Assembly (NCBI GenBank): GCA_000165425.1
Contig: CT868674.1
Span: 124,001 to 188,000 of the forward strand
Reading direction: 5' to 3'
Source: Paramecium tetraurelia
Lineage: Eukaryota
DNA: 64,000 bases
Shown: positions 44,826-57,616 of the stretch, piece after piece
How positions within the stretch are numbered: the stretch's first letter is position 1
Layout of the letters: each line of letters begins with the position of its first letter
The notes under the pieces: generated by a model
The model's input: the letters and a program-made list of their open reading frames with translations, nothing else
Database searches by the model: none
Told to the model about the DNA's origin: nothing
Translations under genes and position numbers: made by a program

Positions 44826-45905
44826 TCAAAATACATATCCAATTCCTTAAACAGACAACAGATATTATTCTTTGCTATCAGTTTCTCTTAATTCTATTTT
44901 GCATTCAGGTAAGAATAATCCAATCACATATATAAGAGAATAGGTGTGTAATGATGGTTTGCCAATCAAAATTTCAGATTTTCCTTCTGCTAAGGCCATC
45001 AATAATATGAGCTAATCTTAGTGATGTTCATCAAAGGAAGTTTAATTTTGTAAGTACTATTTTGCTTGGTTAATGACTTGATGAACTGTTTCTTCTATGC
45101 TTTTATCCTAGTCATTAATAACTGTAAAATCATAAGAATTTTTAGAGGAATGGCAGAGTAGAGATACTCCATAACATTTTTTGAATTTCTTTGAATTAAC
45201 CACTTTTACATTACTTTTAATGGGCAAAACATTATTTTCAGAGTGCTCCTTTAAATTATTGACAATCTAATTATCAAATTGCATGATTGCAGAAACAGAA
45301 GGAATAAGATAAGTGCATGTTAATTAATTAATCTTTGAATACTGGATGTTTACATAATTTTTGAGTTTTTAATTGATTGGTTAAATGAGAGCCTTCACTT
45401 CACCTCCACCTTAAGGGTAATACCCTTCTTTAATAACCTCTAATTTCATTTGAATTCCCATTTCTTAAATAAGTTTTAAAAAAATATTAGTCCAAGCAAA
45501 CACAGTTGGACTATGATTCAAGTATGTACCTCCTTAGATAGATAATTGGATTGGTTTCTATGAATTGAGGGATATTGGTAATAGGGATTGCAATATTAAT
45601 GTAATGCTTTGGGCTGTGGTTGCTTTACAAAAAAGGTCTTGGGGTACAAATTTGTCTAAGGGTTTAAATTTCATTTATTTTGACCCTAATTCAACACCCT
45701 GAAGTTCTGATTTAACAAAGCTGGAAATCAATTGTATTTGGCTTAAGAGCTAATTATTAATTCCTGGATTAGGTCTATTTGATCTAATATTTATTATTTG
45801 AAATTCCTTTTATAAAATGACAGATAAGGCTAAAGCTGATCTTAGCATCTATCCTCCACCTTCATATTGTGATCCATCTATAGTTGTAATATTATTTTAA
45901 ATCAT
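44826..45905 (-). CDS. RTCA: RNA 3'-terminal phosphate cyclase
   Basis: IDGSQYEGGGQMLRSALALS, IRSNRPNPG, GGTYLNHSP, KKGYYPQGGGEV, DQLILLMALA, and the adenylated His in PSLHT. Confidence 0.88.
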
Positions 45906-46033
45906 TTGTAATAATTCTTCAATAAATTAAATTTATGATTAAAAAAGTATAAGATTTTCTTATTTTAATATGTAATAATAACTCAGTATGTAAATGTAAT
46001 CTTTTGGAAATCATTTTATATATATATATAACA

Positions 46034-46677
46034 ATGGACTCTTAAATTGATGGTAGTTAAACCAAAAAAAAATATTCCATAATAACACCTGCTGTTAGGA
46101 TAGCATTTATAAAAAGAGTTCAATCAAAACAGTCGACTATCAAGTAAGCAGCTCAAGAATTCGGAATTAAGTTTAGCACATCTAAGGCTATATTACAAAC
46201 CTACAAGAGGGAAGGAAGAGTTGGTAAGAAAAAGACTAGGTCTCGACGCAGTACTTTTAAAATTGATTCAAAAAAGGAGGAGAAGTTCTAACAACAACAA
46301 AGTAACCCCAAAGACCATCTATCTCCATAACAACCTTTACCAATTAATCAAACACAGATGACTCTCCCATAGGAACAAGCTTAATAATTTCAAATATTTT
46401 AATTAGGTCTATAAATGAACCCATACATACCTCTACAATAGTAAAAATTTAAATCAATTACATTAGAAACTTGTACTTAGAGTAAAATCCTTTTCAAATT
46501 CCAAATCCGTAACTGATGTATTATTATTGGTAACTTAATAACTTGAGATAACAGGCTCTATCATAGTAATATGGAAAGATACTGGATCCTAGATTATTTA
46601 TAACTCCTATTCAATCTAGTAAATGGTTAGATGCAAAATTTAATGAAATTGGAACAACTTTGAAGGACTTTAATTGA
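46034..46677 (+). CDS. Small helix-turn-helix putative DNA-binding protein with Q/P-rich tail
   Basis: KKKYSIITPAVRIAFIKRVQSKQSTIKQAAQEFGIKFSTSKAILQTYKREGRVGKKKTR, a homeodomain-like/psq-type HTH pattern. One 26-nt intron. Confidence 0.7.
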
Positions 46678-47441
46678 ATTATGAAAATTATGTATTATCG
46701 ATTAACACTTATTGTTCAATTCTAAATTTTGCTTTTATTTAATTCATTAATAATGTATTTTAGATTAAAAGTGATTCATATAAAATTATCAATCCTAAGG
46801 AATTGTGACCTAAATTACAGTTGTGGTATACAGTTTAGATGATGTTATCATTGTTGAAAGTGAACATATCTTAAAGAAGTTATAGGTTAAGATAGAAAAT
46901 AAGGAAACAACGTAACAACAAATTTTAAAGAAAATTTTAATTTATGAACTTTTAATATATGATATTATCCATTTAGTATTTATTTAAAAGTAAAATATTA
47001 ATGGATGATCAAATGTGAGTAAAAATCTGAGTCAAAACGAGATCCCTTATGTATAATGAAATCACTTAAGTGAAATGAGATTTCTTAGAATATATAGAAT
47101 AATTATATTTAAATCAACAAAATTTTAAGGATTTTCATTCTAAATAGTTTCTCTATAAAGATTAAGTTCATTTAGATTTTTCTTTTCTTTTTTGTTATTT
47201 TAAACCACATTTATTTTTATTATAATAATTAATAAAATCAGAATTAAGAAGCTTTAGTTTGATTGATTTAAATTATCTCATTAGGTTTTGTATAATTTCA
47301 GATTATCAACCCTTGACATTATGCATTAAAAAAGTTCTCGTTCTCGTTTTTGTTTTAAATAATTATTATTAAATTAGTGTCGTTATTTAATTAAATATGA
47401 AACACACTTTAAAGAATCAAATAAACTAAAGTAAAACTTCT

Positions 47442-48635
<1,194 letters not shown>

Positions 48636-48716
48636 TATAAGTAATTATTAATCAACTCTCTGTTTGATACTAAACTTGCGAAGTTGTGAAGAATTCATTT
48701 TTATGAAGAATCTATT

Positions 48717-49958
48717 TCATAATAAATGAGTGTTTACTTCATAATACTTTTGTTTGATATTTCTCCTCAGATCTGGTAGAGTTGATTTAAATAAGTAGAT
48801 ATTTTTTTATCTTTATTGTCTTTCTCTAAGAGTATGAAGTTTTTCATTAAACTTCTCATCTTATTGTTTATTTTTAGATACTTTTATTGGTTGAGGAGGA
48901 AAATTAATTTCTGGTTTATATGAGAATTAGGAATCAATTTCTTGTATTTTTTCCAATTCTTTTTTTAAATTCGAATCATAAAATTATTATTTCTTTTTCA
49001 AGAAATTCTCTTATTCACTTAAGAAATGCTCAAATTATTCTGCAGTACTATTGTATTCTTTGATATGCATTAATTATACTTTTTTTTAATTCCAATTCTT
49101 GTTAAAAGACTTTCTCTTTCTCATCAATCTTTTATTTTAATTTAGCATTCTTTAACTTTATTTCATATTCATATCTGAGGTGAATAGGCATAGATGTGTA
49201 GTCAGATTTGCTTCTGATTTCTCTATTCAAAGAGCCTGTAGTATCTGATTGTATTTCATTACTACACTTAAACTATTGTGTTTTATCATTAATATCATCT
49301 GGTTAATCCTCTATTTCCTCATCAACTTCAATCACAATTTTGACTCCTCTTTTTAACTTGTCTAGTTTTTGCAGAGGCGGGTAATCACTAGATCTTTATG
49401 TGAATTAATCTTTAAATTTTATAAAGTTATTCAGTTCTTAATGATGTTTCAACCCTGATTAAAAAATTTTAAGAGTTTCTTTTGACAACTTGGGTTTTTC
49501 CCAAATATTTTTCCCTTCTTCATATTAAAATTTTTATTGTTTTTCTTTAATTTAAGATTATTTTCGTTTTCCCCATTTGAGCAATCTGTCAATCGCTTCT
49601 TTTTATTCAGTTTCTGATTATTTTTGTTTCTTTTCAATAGTAAAGTGAGACACAGTACTAATTAAATCCTTTTAATTAAAGTGATATTTCTATAACGGAG
49701 ATGTACTAGAAGTAAAACTTTTGAATTTCTAAAATACTATAAATTATTATTTATTTACATTATGATGATGAATTCTTCATGTAAGGGGATGTTGATGTCT
49801 GTGTTGGACATTTTTTATGTAATGGGACTTTAATATAATCAGTTGTTACTCTAACTTGTTTTTGTTTCATCTGATTCTTCTTTGATGATATCATTATTCA
49901 ATGGATTGGATTTCTTTTACTTGAAGTATGATTGTTAAGAATACTTCCTTAAATTCAT
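48717..49958 (-). CDS. Hypothetical protein
   Basis: MNLRKYSQQSYFK... to ...LPDLRRNIKQKYYEVNTHLL-TGA, with short introns. Confidence 0.65.
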
Positions 49959-50049
49959 AAAATATAATAAAATTTATTTTTTATAACTTTAGCTACTAAG
50001 TTTGGTTCCAATATGATTATTGAATTAAGTTAAGAGAAACATTTAAATT

Positions 50050-51318
50050 ACATTAAACTGTTATAAAATACTGGAATTCAAATCATATCTGTTTATTTTT
50101 TAAGTTTCTCAGCTTCTCTACATAAACATTCCATAGCCTCTGCCAACCCATCAAAATTAAAATCTAATTTAATTAGCGCATTAGGGAATAATGCAAATGC
50201 TTATCCTTTAGCAATAAACATTTTTTTCCAAATTAATAAATTTAATACAAAATGTTAAAATCTTATTCTGGTTTTTAAATTCCTCCATTTCATCTTAAAA
50301 AGTATAAACTCCTTTAATTCATCTCTCGCATTTGGTTAATCATCGACTAACTTATTGTCGAGACCTAGAGATTTAAGAAAGACATCAACATCTTCCATAT
50401 TTTTAAACACTCAAATGAAATTTTGAGTGTTTAAAAAGAAGAAGGAGTGAATGCCTATTTATATTTTGAGAGCATTTATTTTTATTGCATTTTCTTTGAT
50501 TGTGCTGCCTATATTATAAAGAGTTCTAAATTCAATACTTTTTTAGAAAGAGATGAATTCAATTTAGCCTTGAAAATTAACAAATTCTTGATAAACTTAA
50601 TTCTTTCATCATTTTTTCAATCCATTTTTTATGCCTTTATTATATTCTACTTGAAATTCAATGTCCTCTCCCAATTAATCCAAAAAAGGAGTGCATTAGG
50701 TTTCAATAAAAACTTAAAACTAAAGGATATTTAACTGTAAATTACAGAATTAGCTACAATAATAATTAGTTTGATTGCACTTTCTAAATTAGTAGAAAGC
50801 TCTAATACACACTTAGAAAGAATTTCTAAGATTTCTATCGACCAATCCGTTTCTGCTTTTTATAATTTCTAAATGAAATTATTTTATAAATATTAAAATA
50901 TCTGTTTTGCTATTTCAGGTTAAAGAGTACGTATGATAATTATTAGATCCAAAAACTAACCTTAACTTAATTGGATTCACTTCAATAATTTGTTCTCATT
51001 ATTTAAAGCCTCGCAATACCTTTACTTTATACAAAAATTTGACTATCAAGTCTTAAATAACAATCTTAATCACCATAGTTTGTAACCCAATTGTGATGAT
51101 CAAAAAATTTGTCTTATTTTTCAAAGAAAGAAATTCCAAATCTTGTGAATTCTGAATTCACTTTCTTAAGCAATTCATTAGTTTCAGTTTCATAAACATC
51201 AACTTTTCTAAATCACCATAAATTCCAAAATTCATCGAATGATATCTGACCATCCTTGTTTGTATCAACCACTGCCATCAGCTAAATGATCAAATCAAAA
51301 ATTTTATTTATAAATCAT
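50050..51318 (-). pseudogene. Degenerate EF-hand protein gene
   Basis: EF-hand VVDTNKDGQISFDEFWNLW is followed at once by TGA (51213-51215). Coding-like blocks (LEKLMFMKLKLMN / LLKKVNSEFTRFG / DHHNWVTNYGDQD) lie in different frames. Confidence 0.55.
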
Positions 51319-51339
51319 TCATGCAATGTATCATTATAA

Positions 51340-52548
51340 TCACCCAATCGAAGGAATTTAAATCACAATCCCTTTAGGATTATGAAATATTCTTACTCGA
51401 TCTCTCCTATAATCCATAGTTACAATAGAACCCTCTGGTAGTACTTGGATCTACAAATTTGGTCCATCTTTTTTGATTATTTAAATTGCCTATTGAATGG
51501 TTTTTCCGACGCATTCAGGCCATGAAGTTTTTTGATTATTACCAATTTAGTTGTAATGTAGTTTGCTTATTTTAATGCTTGGCAACTCCATATCTTTGAA
51601 TCCTAATTTCAGACTAGTTTCATATATTTCTTATCCTTAATTAAAACGAATCACATCTTCATTAAGTTTACTAACTATATTAAAATTATATAATTCTTCA
51701 TCTTTGATTTAATCATATGGTCTAAGAGCTGCATATAAGTAAGTTTAACTGGCTTCATTTGGAGTTAGAAGAAATGGATCCATAATGACTTTCATCACTC
51801 TAACAAGAGATCTTAAAATAACTTAGTTTTTTAAACTCTTCTCAAAGATTTCTGTATTTACAGCTCCAGGTGCCACCAGTAATACTTTTATATCTTTATT
51901 TTGATCTTTTAATAATTATTGTAGATATAAAGAGGAAGAGACCTTGAAATATTGACTGATAGCATATCTATAATCTAAGTCTCCTTTAAATGCTTTGAGT
52001 ATGTCTATCTCCTCTCCAATCCAAGTGTACATATGACTAACTATATTAATTATTCTTCCTCTTTCATTGAAATAATCAATAAGCTAATGAGTCAATAAGA
52101 CCCAACCAATTTAATTGACTTTTACTATTTTTTCAATCCCACTTACATTCTCTTAATCAAAATCAGCAATCCCTGAATTATTAATAAGTATGTTCAAATA
52201 TTTGAACTTCTATTTAAATTACTCAACAAAAGAGATTACACTGTCTGTTTATTCTAAGTCTAAGAAAATGAAGTGTAATTTATTGTTTTTTGTTTCTTAG
52301 ACTAATTCTTGAATTATGTTCTCAGTTACATCCTAATCTCTACATGCAAAAATCACTGTAGCTTTCAATTTTGCAAATTCTCTTGCTGCTTCCATTCCGA
52401 TTCCAGAGGATGCTCCTGTAATTACAACAATCTAATCTTCAATATTGTCATATGTTCTTTATTCTCCAACCATTAGAGAGTGGATTATTCTACCATAATT
52501 GAAGTATAAAATAATTCCAAATAATAAAATAAATTTCTTACCCTTCAT
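51340..52548 (-). CDS. Retinol-dehydrogenase-like SDR fused to C-terminal potato inhibitor I (MEROPS I13) domain
   Basis: Single uninterrupted 402-aa ORF: hydrophobic N-terminus, VVITGASSGIG, FACRD, LDL, ILINNSG, VAPGAVNTEI, then KTSWPECVG...LPEGSIVTMDYRRDRVRIF...IPSIG*. Confidence 0.88.
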
Positions 52549-52780
52549 TCTGAAATTAAATAAAATATTGAATTTTACACAAACTTCAATAATTGTCTTT
52601 CTTACTTAATATTTATATTTTTAATCATTGAACATAATAATTTTATTATATATAAATTGAACCCTTTATTATTTAAAAACACATACATTACATAACATTT
52701 TTATACTTAATTATATTTATAAATGATTTTGATAATCCAAGTTCATAAAAGGTTGTAATAATATTTTATTTAAATAATTT

Positions 52781-53389
52781 ATGTAATAATCGTAATCGGC
52801 TCACACAGCCCCCATTCCATCTGCTAGTTATACGGTGACTCTCCTTAAAAAGTAGTTGAAGTGTAATTGATTCTTTAAATTGTAGAATTGGAGGAAAGTA
52901 AAACAATTGAAGGTGTTTCTGTTGGGTTAGAGGGAAACAGCTTATACTCTTGGAATATTAGCTTTGCAGGTCCTTCAGACACTTTATATGAAGGGGGATA
53001 TTTTTAGGCTTTAATAAAATTTCCAGATGACTATCCCAATTCACCGCCAACTTTTAGATTCTTGACAGAGATGTGGCATCCTAATAGTATTTTAAGTATA
53101 ATATACAATAGTCTATACTGATGGGAGAGTTTGCATCTCAATCTTACACGCATAAGACGAATTCAATGACTAGGAACCTCCAGAAACAAGGTATTGTTTG
53201 AAAAATAATCTTAGATGGAGACCCATTCTTACACCTGAGGATGTTTTAATCTCTATTGTTTCAATGTTGTCTGAGCCAAATATCAATTCACCAGCAAATG
53301 TAGATGCAGGAATTCAATTCAGAGATAAACCTGATGAATATAAGAAAAAAGTGAGAAAATTGATAGATAAGGCATTAGAAAATTTGTGA
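52781..53389 (+). CDS. Ubiquitin-conjugating enzyme E2, Ubc7/Cdc34 family
   Basis: GPSDTLYEGGYF, FPDDYPNSPP, MWHPN, GRVCISILH with acidic loop (QDEFNDQEPPETRW), and SPANVDA. Three tiny introns. Confidence 0.93.
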
Positions 53390-53430
53390 CTGCTTATATA
53401 TAAAATATAAATAAGAAATTATAATTAATG

Positions 53431-55431
53431 TCATTTCCATTTTTTTAATAAGTTTTTCCTTAATTTCTATAAAAATTCTAAATTTTGTTTCTCTGATTCA
53501 AAATTTGAGTTATTAAGATCAATTGAATTGAGGAACAGATCTATATTCTGATAAAAATAGAACCCCTTTTATTCAGGACATTAAATGAAATGAAATTAAG
53601 GATTACCAAAAAAATTGCATTTCCTACAAATCAATTCACCTAATGAATTAATCAATAATGGACTCTAACAAAAATGAATTTATTATTGACTAGTCTTGTG
53701 ATAACATTTGCTATTTGATGGACAGTAGGCAATTAAGTTTATAACATTAGTTTCATCCATTTAATCATTAAATTCTATTTATTTACATTAAATCCACTAT
53801 CGTTGACAATTAACTTGTAAATTATCCCAAAACTCAACAATTTATTCATTGATTGTTAAAGTAGTAAGATGCAACCAAAATGAGAATAAAAAATCTTCAT
53901 AATTTTTAAACTTATTCTTCTACCTATTTTAAGGACAGTAGAATCCATAATCTTAAATTTATTATGAAAATTAACACTGTTAGCACATAATATATCCTTT
54001 TGAATTGATATACAATTAGCAATTGCACTGATGAATTTATGTTATAATTTAAGAAGAGCATAAGCATTAAGGAGGACAAGAACACCTTAAAGGCAATGCA
54101 GTCTTCTTATCAACATGAGCAATTGTTTTATATGTTATATGATGAATAAGAGGAGATTTCTTTTCGATATGCTTAGTGCTGTTGGGACTTTGAGACCGCA
54201 TTTGCTTTTACAATAATATATTTAGTATTGGCTTTTCAGGATTTGTAGCTTATTAAGATTGATAAAGAAAAGAAGATTCCAAAGCCATAGAATCTCTTTT
54301 AACTCCCAATTCCAAAGATTAATCATTTGATTTATTTATCAATTCATTTAATTCCTTGTAATGGTCAGAGAATTTTCTTGATTTAGATAAGAGAACTGTT
54401 GGTATTTTTTTTAATGATGCACAACCTTATTTATTTTACTTTTTATTTTCAATTTAACAAATACTTTAAAATTAGATCTCTGATAATTGGGATAATTTTT
54501 AGAGATCTTCGTTTGATTATAATTGAAAAATTGAATATCTTCTATTTATTTCAACGACAGACATAAGTTATTTTAATAAACTGTCATTCAATTTAATAAA
54601 TTCCTAGATTTCCGATTCTTTTTAATCCTAGTTTTCTTTAATTATTGATTATATTAAAATAATATTATTTTTTCTGATCTTATCTGAATCAGATATTTCC
54701 TTTTAGATCAACTCCATTTCCAATAGGATCTCATCAATTGAAGTTTGGGTTGTTTTGAGAACGTTAATAAAATTGGATAATGATTATTAGAGCAGTTACA
54801 ATTGTGAATCAGTCATGTTATTAGAATTGACGATAAATTATAAGTTTTCTTCAATATTTTATAATTGTTAAATTGTTAATTTAATCGAATTATGAAAATT
54901 TGGAATTTTATGTTTATTTTATCCTGTTAGATATTCTAGAACGCTTGAATTGTCTAATTTTTATCCAGAGAATATTAAGCTATCATTCAAAATAGAGTTT
55001 ATCACTGAAAAATAGCTACTGTTTTTTGTTTGCTGATCTAAAAACTTAACAAAATGAATTTCCTCCTAATATAATTAATCATAATGAGTTCTGTATTCCT
55101 ATTATTTTTATAACAGCTTTGATAAGTTTGAATTTTCAGTAAGATCATAATCTCTTTTAATTTTAGTTACTCTTTTTTCATTTTCCAATTTGGTTTTCCT
55201 CATTTCCTTTTATTTGCTCCTCAATTCCCTTTCAAAAATAGTAGAATTGATTGACAATGATTTCTAAATGGTTTCTTCTAGCTATTTGGATAGCTCAGAC
55301 AACCTTTTTTATCTGTCCTGTATTTTCTAAACAAATGACTTCAATTCTTAATTGATAACATTAGATTGAAAATCAGAGTCAATTATGTCTTAGTGAGCAT
55401 TTTTATTTTTTTAATTTTATGTGATAAACAT
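53431..55431 (-). CDS. Coiled-coil protein with two tandem C-terminal Cys/His-rich domains (paralog A)
   Basis: MFITQNQK...DSDFQSNVINQELKSFVQKIQD. C-terminal CSCPPQCLC..HQCNCQLYINSKGYIMCQQC..FYCP and AYCPSNSKC..HFCQSPLLINSLGELICRKC..IQCP. Ends KKWK*. Confidence 0.75.
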
Positions 55432-55445
55432 TATATAAAAATAAA

Positions 55446-57395
55446 TCATTTCCATTTTTTATTCAAATTAATAATCAATGATTATAAAAATTAATTACAA
55501 TCATTTTTTTCTTATCTTATCAATTACTTTATATAGGGATCAATTGATAAAATGATTTCTTCCACACTTTAAAATGCATAAAACTATTTGTTTTCAGGAC
55601 ATTGGATTAAATGATATTAAATAAACATCTAGTACTGACATCTTTTACAAATCACATCTCCATAATTGGATAACTATAATGGAGTGTTACAAGTAGAATG
55701 TATTTGGGGCATAAGATTTTTGTGATTGCAATAACTTTGATTCGGACAATTCGATAGAAAGTTTACCATAATTTCGTCTTGTTTTAAGGTGGGCAACCTG
55801 GGTGAACCATTTTACCATTATTGTTTACAATTAATAATTAGACCAATCCAAAAATCAACAATAGATTAATTCAATGTCAAGCTTATTATATATTTCCAAA
55901 AAGAATGGATAAAATCGTGAAATAATTTGAACTTATTCTTAGTCTTATTGAATTAACAATAAAAATGATGTTCATTGATCTAAAAGGAAATTTGACAAAC
56001 CTAACACAAGATGATTCCTTTTTAATTGATATACAATTAATTATTACAAGTATGCATTTATTCTTAGATATATTATTAGCATTGACACTCAGGAGGACAA
56101 GAGCATTTTAATGGCAAGGCTGTTTATTTTTCTGGTAAAATTTAATTTCTAAAATTGGGGGATTGAGAAGTTTATTTAAAAATAGTAGAAATGTTGTTCT
56201 CATCTGTTTTGATTGATCCTAGTTTTTCAACTTAAGGTTTTCTTTTCAAGTATATAGATTTCTGAATGTTATATGTAGTAGGTTCAGTTTGTACTTTTTC
56301 GTTTAAAATCTTTTTGTAGGGATTCAAAATATTAATCTTTTTAATAGAAATATTAGAAGAGGTTTTTATATCAGGGGTTAAAGATAATGCTTCCAATTAT
56401 TATCTAAATTATTCAATGCTATTATTTAATGATTGTATTAATGAATTTGATAATGAAATCAATCTAAATATGTTTTCTTCATAATCTTTCCTTTAAGTAT
56501 TTCCTTATAACATAATTTAAGAATAAGATTTATAACTTTTGTCCATGTCGCTTTTTTATTATTCTAATGAGCTAATTTCTGCACATTTCCTTTCTTCATC
56601 TTTAGTGACAGTGTTTTAGATGTTTATCCTCAAATTTTTAAGATTTCTTTGATTAGTAAGGAAGTCTTATTGTAGATCAAATAATTCTTATACACAATCG
56701 TGATTAAATTGTTATAGATATCTGATTTGTTATTTGAGGGAAGTGAGTTTTTATGATAAAATTAATTAGATTTATGAATTTTCAGATTGACTATTTAAGA
56801 TTTATTGATCTGCGTTCTCTATTTTGAAAATAAGTGTATTAACATAGGAATTAAGGTGAGACATTTTTGAGTGCTATTTAGTTTGAATATTAGGAGATTT
56901 CAAAGATAGAAAGGTTTATTAATTTATACATTCATTATCTTTGGCCAATTCAAAATCGGATAATGATTAATGAACACTTTGCAAAATTAGTGTGTAATCA
57001 GCAGCAATTGCATCTCCGACAATGAATTCTTCCAATCTGCTTTTTTCTTATGATATTTTTTCGTAATATTTTTGAAAACGTATGAATACATTTACTATTT
57101 TGTTTTTCAGTTCCATTTCTAAGTTGCTGTATTCTTCATCTTGTTTGGCCTTTTGTTCCTCAGACTTCTACTTTAGCTCCTACAACTCAATTCTCTTTCT
57201 AATGATATCATCCTCGTATTTTTAATAACATATTCTTATGATTTTTTGGACCAGTTCATTTTATGATGATCTTGTGTCATTATATGATTTTTGTTTATCC
57301 TGTATATTGGAGACAAGTTTCTTCAGATCTTCTTGATAAAGTTCTTTTTAAAAATCCAAATCTAATATCTATCTAGTATTTGGTGATTATTGCAT
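55446..57395 (-). CDS. Coiled-coil protein with two tandem C-terminal Cys/His-rich domains (paralog B)
   Basis: MQQSPNTR...DLDFQKELYQEDLKKLVSNIQD. C-terminal CSCPPECQC..HTCNNQLYINQKGIILCQVC..FYC and SNCPNQSYC..HSTCNTPLQLSNYGDVICKRC..IQCP. Ends KKWK*. Confidence 0.75.
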
Positions 57396-57616
57396 TAAAA
57401 GTAATTTAAAAATAAATTGTTATGAATTTATTCAATGAGAAATCACTGGAGTGATTGTATTAGAGTCTAATAAAATATAATAATTAATAGTCAAATAATT
57501 TAGTTTGTATTTGGATTGAGCAAGACCGATAATCATAAGGTTGTCATATTTAATTGAACAGCAATTGAATTTTACATTAATATTAATAATTTATATATCT
57601 TTAACATCGGAAATAA

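Noticed and set aside
47000..47090. Possible box C/D snoRNA (ATGAT...CTGA)
   Set aside because: The box C match is imperfect, the spacing is too short and there is no terminal stem.
48660..48800. Apparent internal TGA codons suggesting a pseudogene
   Set aside because: They fall in other frames. The correct frame runs cleanly to TGA at 48717-48719.
55320..55400. Suspected frameshift or start at 55400 in Cys/His paralog A
   Set aside because: Re-reading shows a continuous frame from ATG 55431 that aligns with paralog B.
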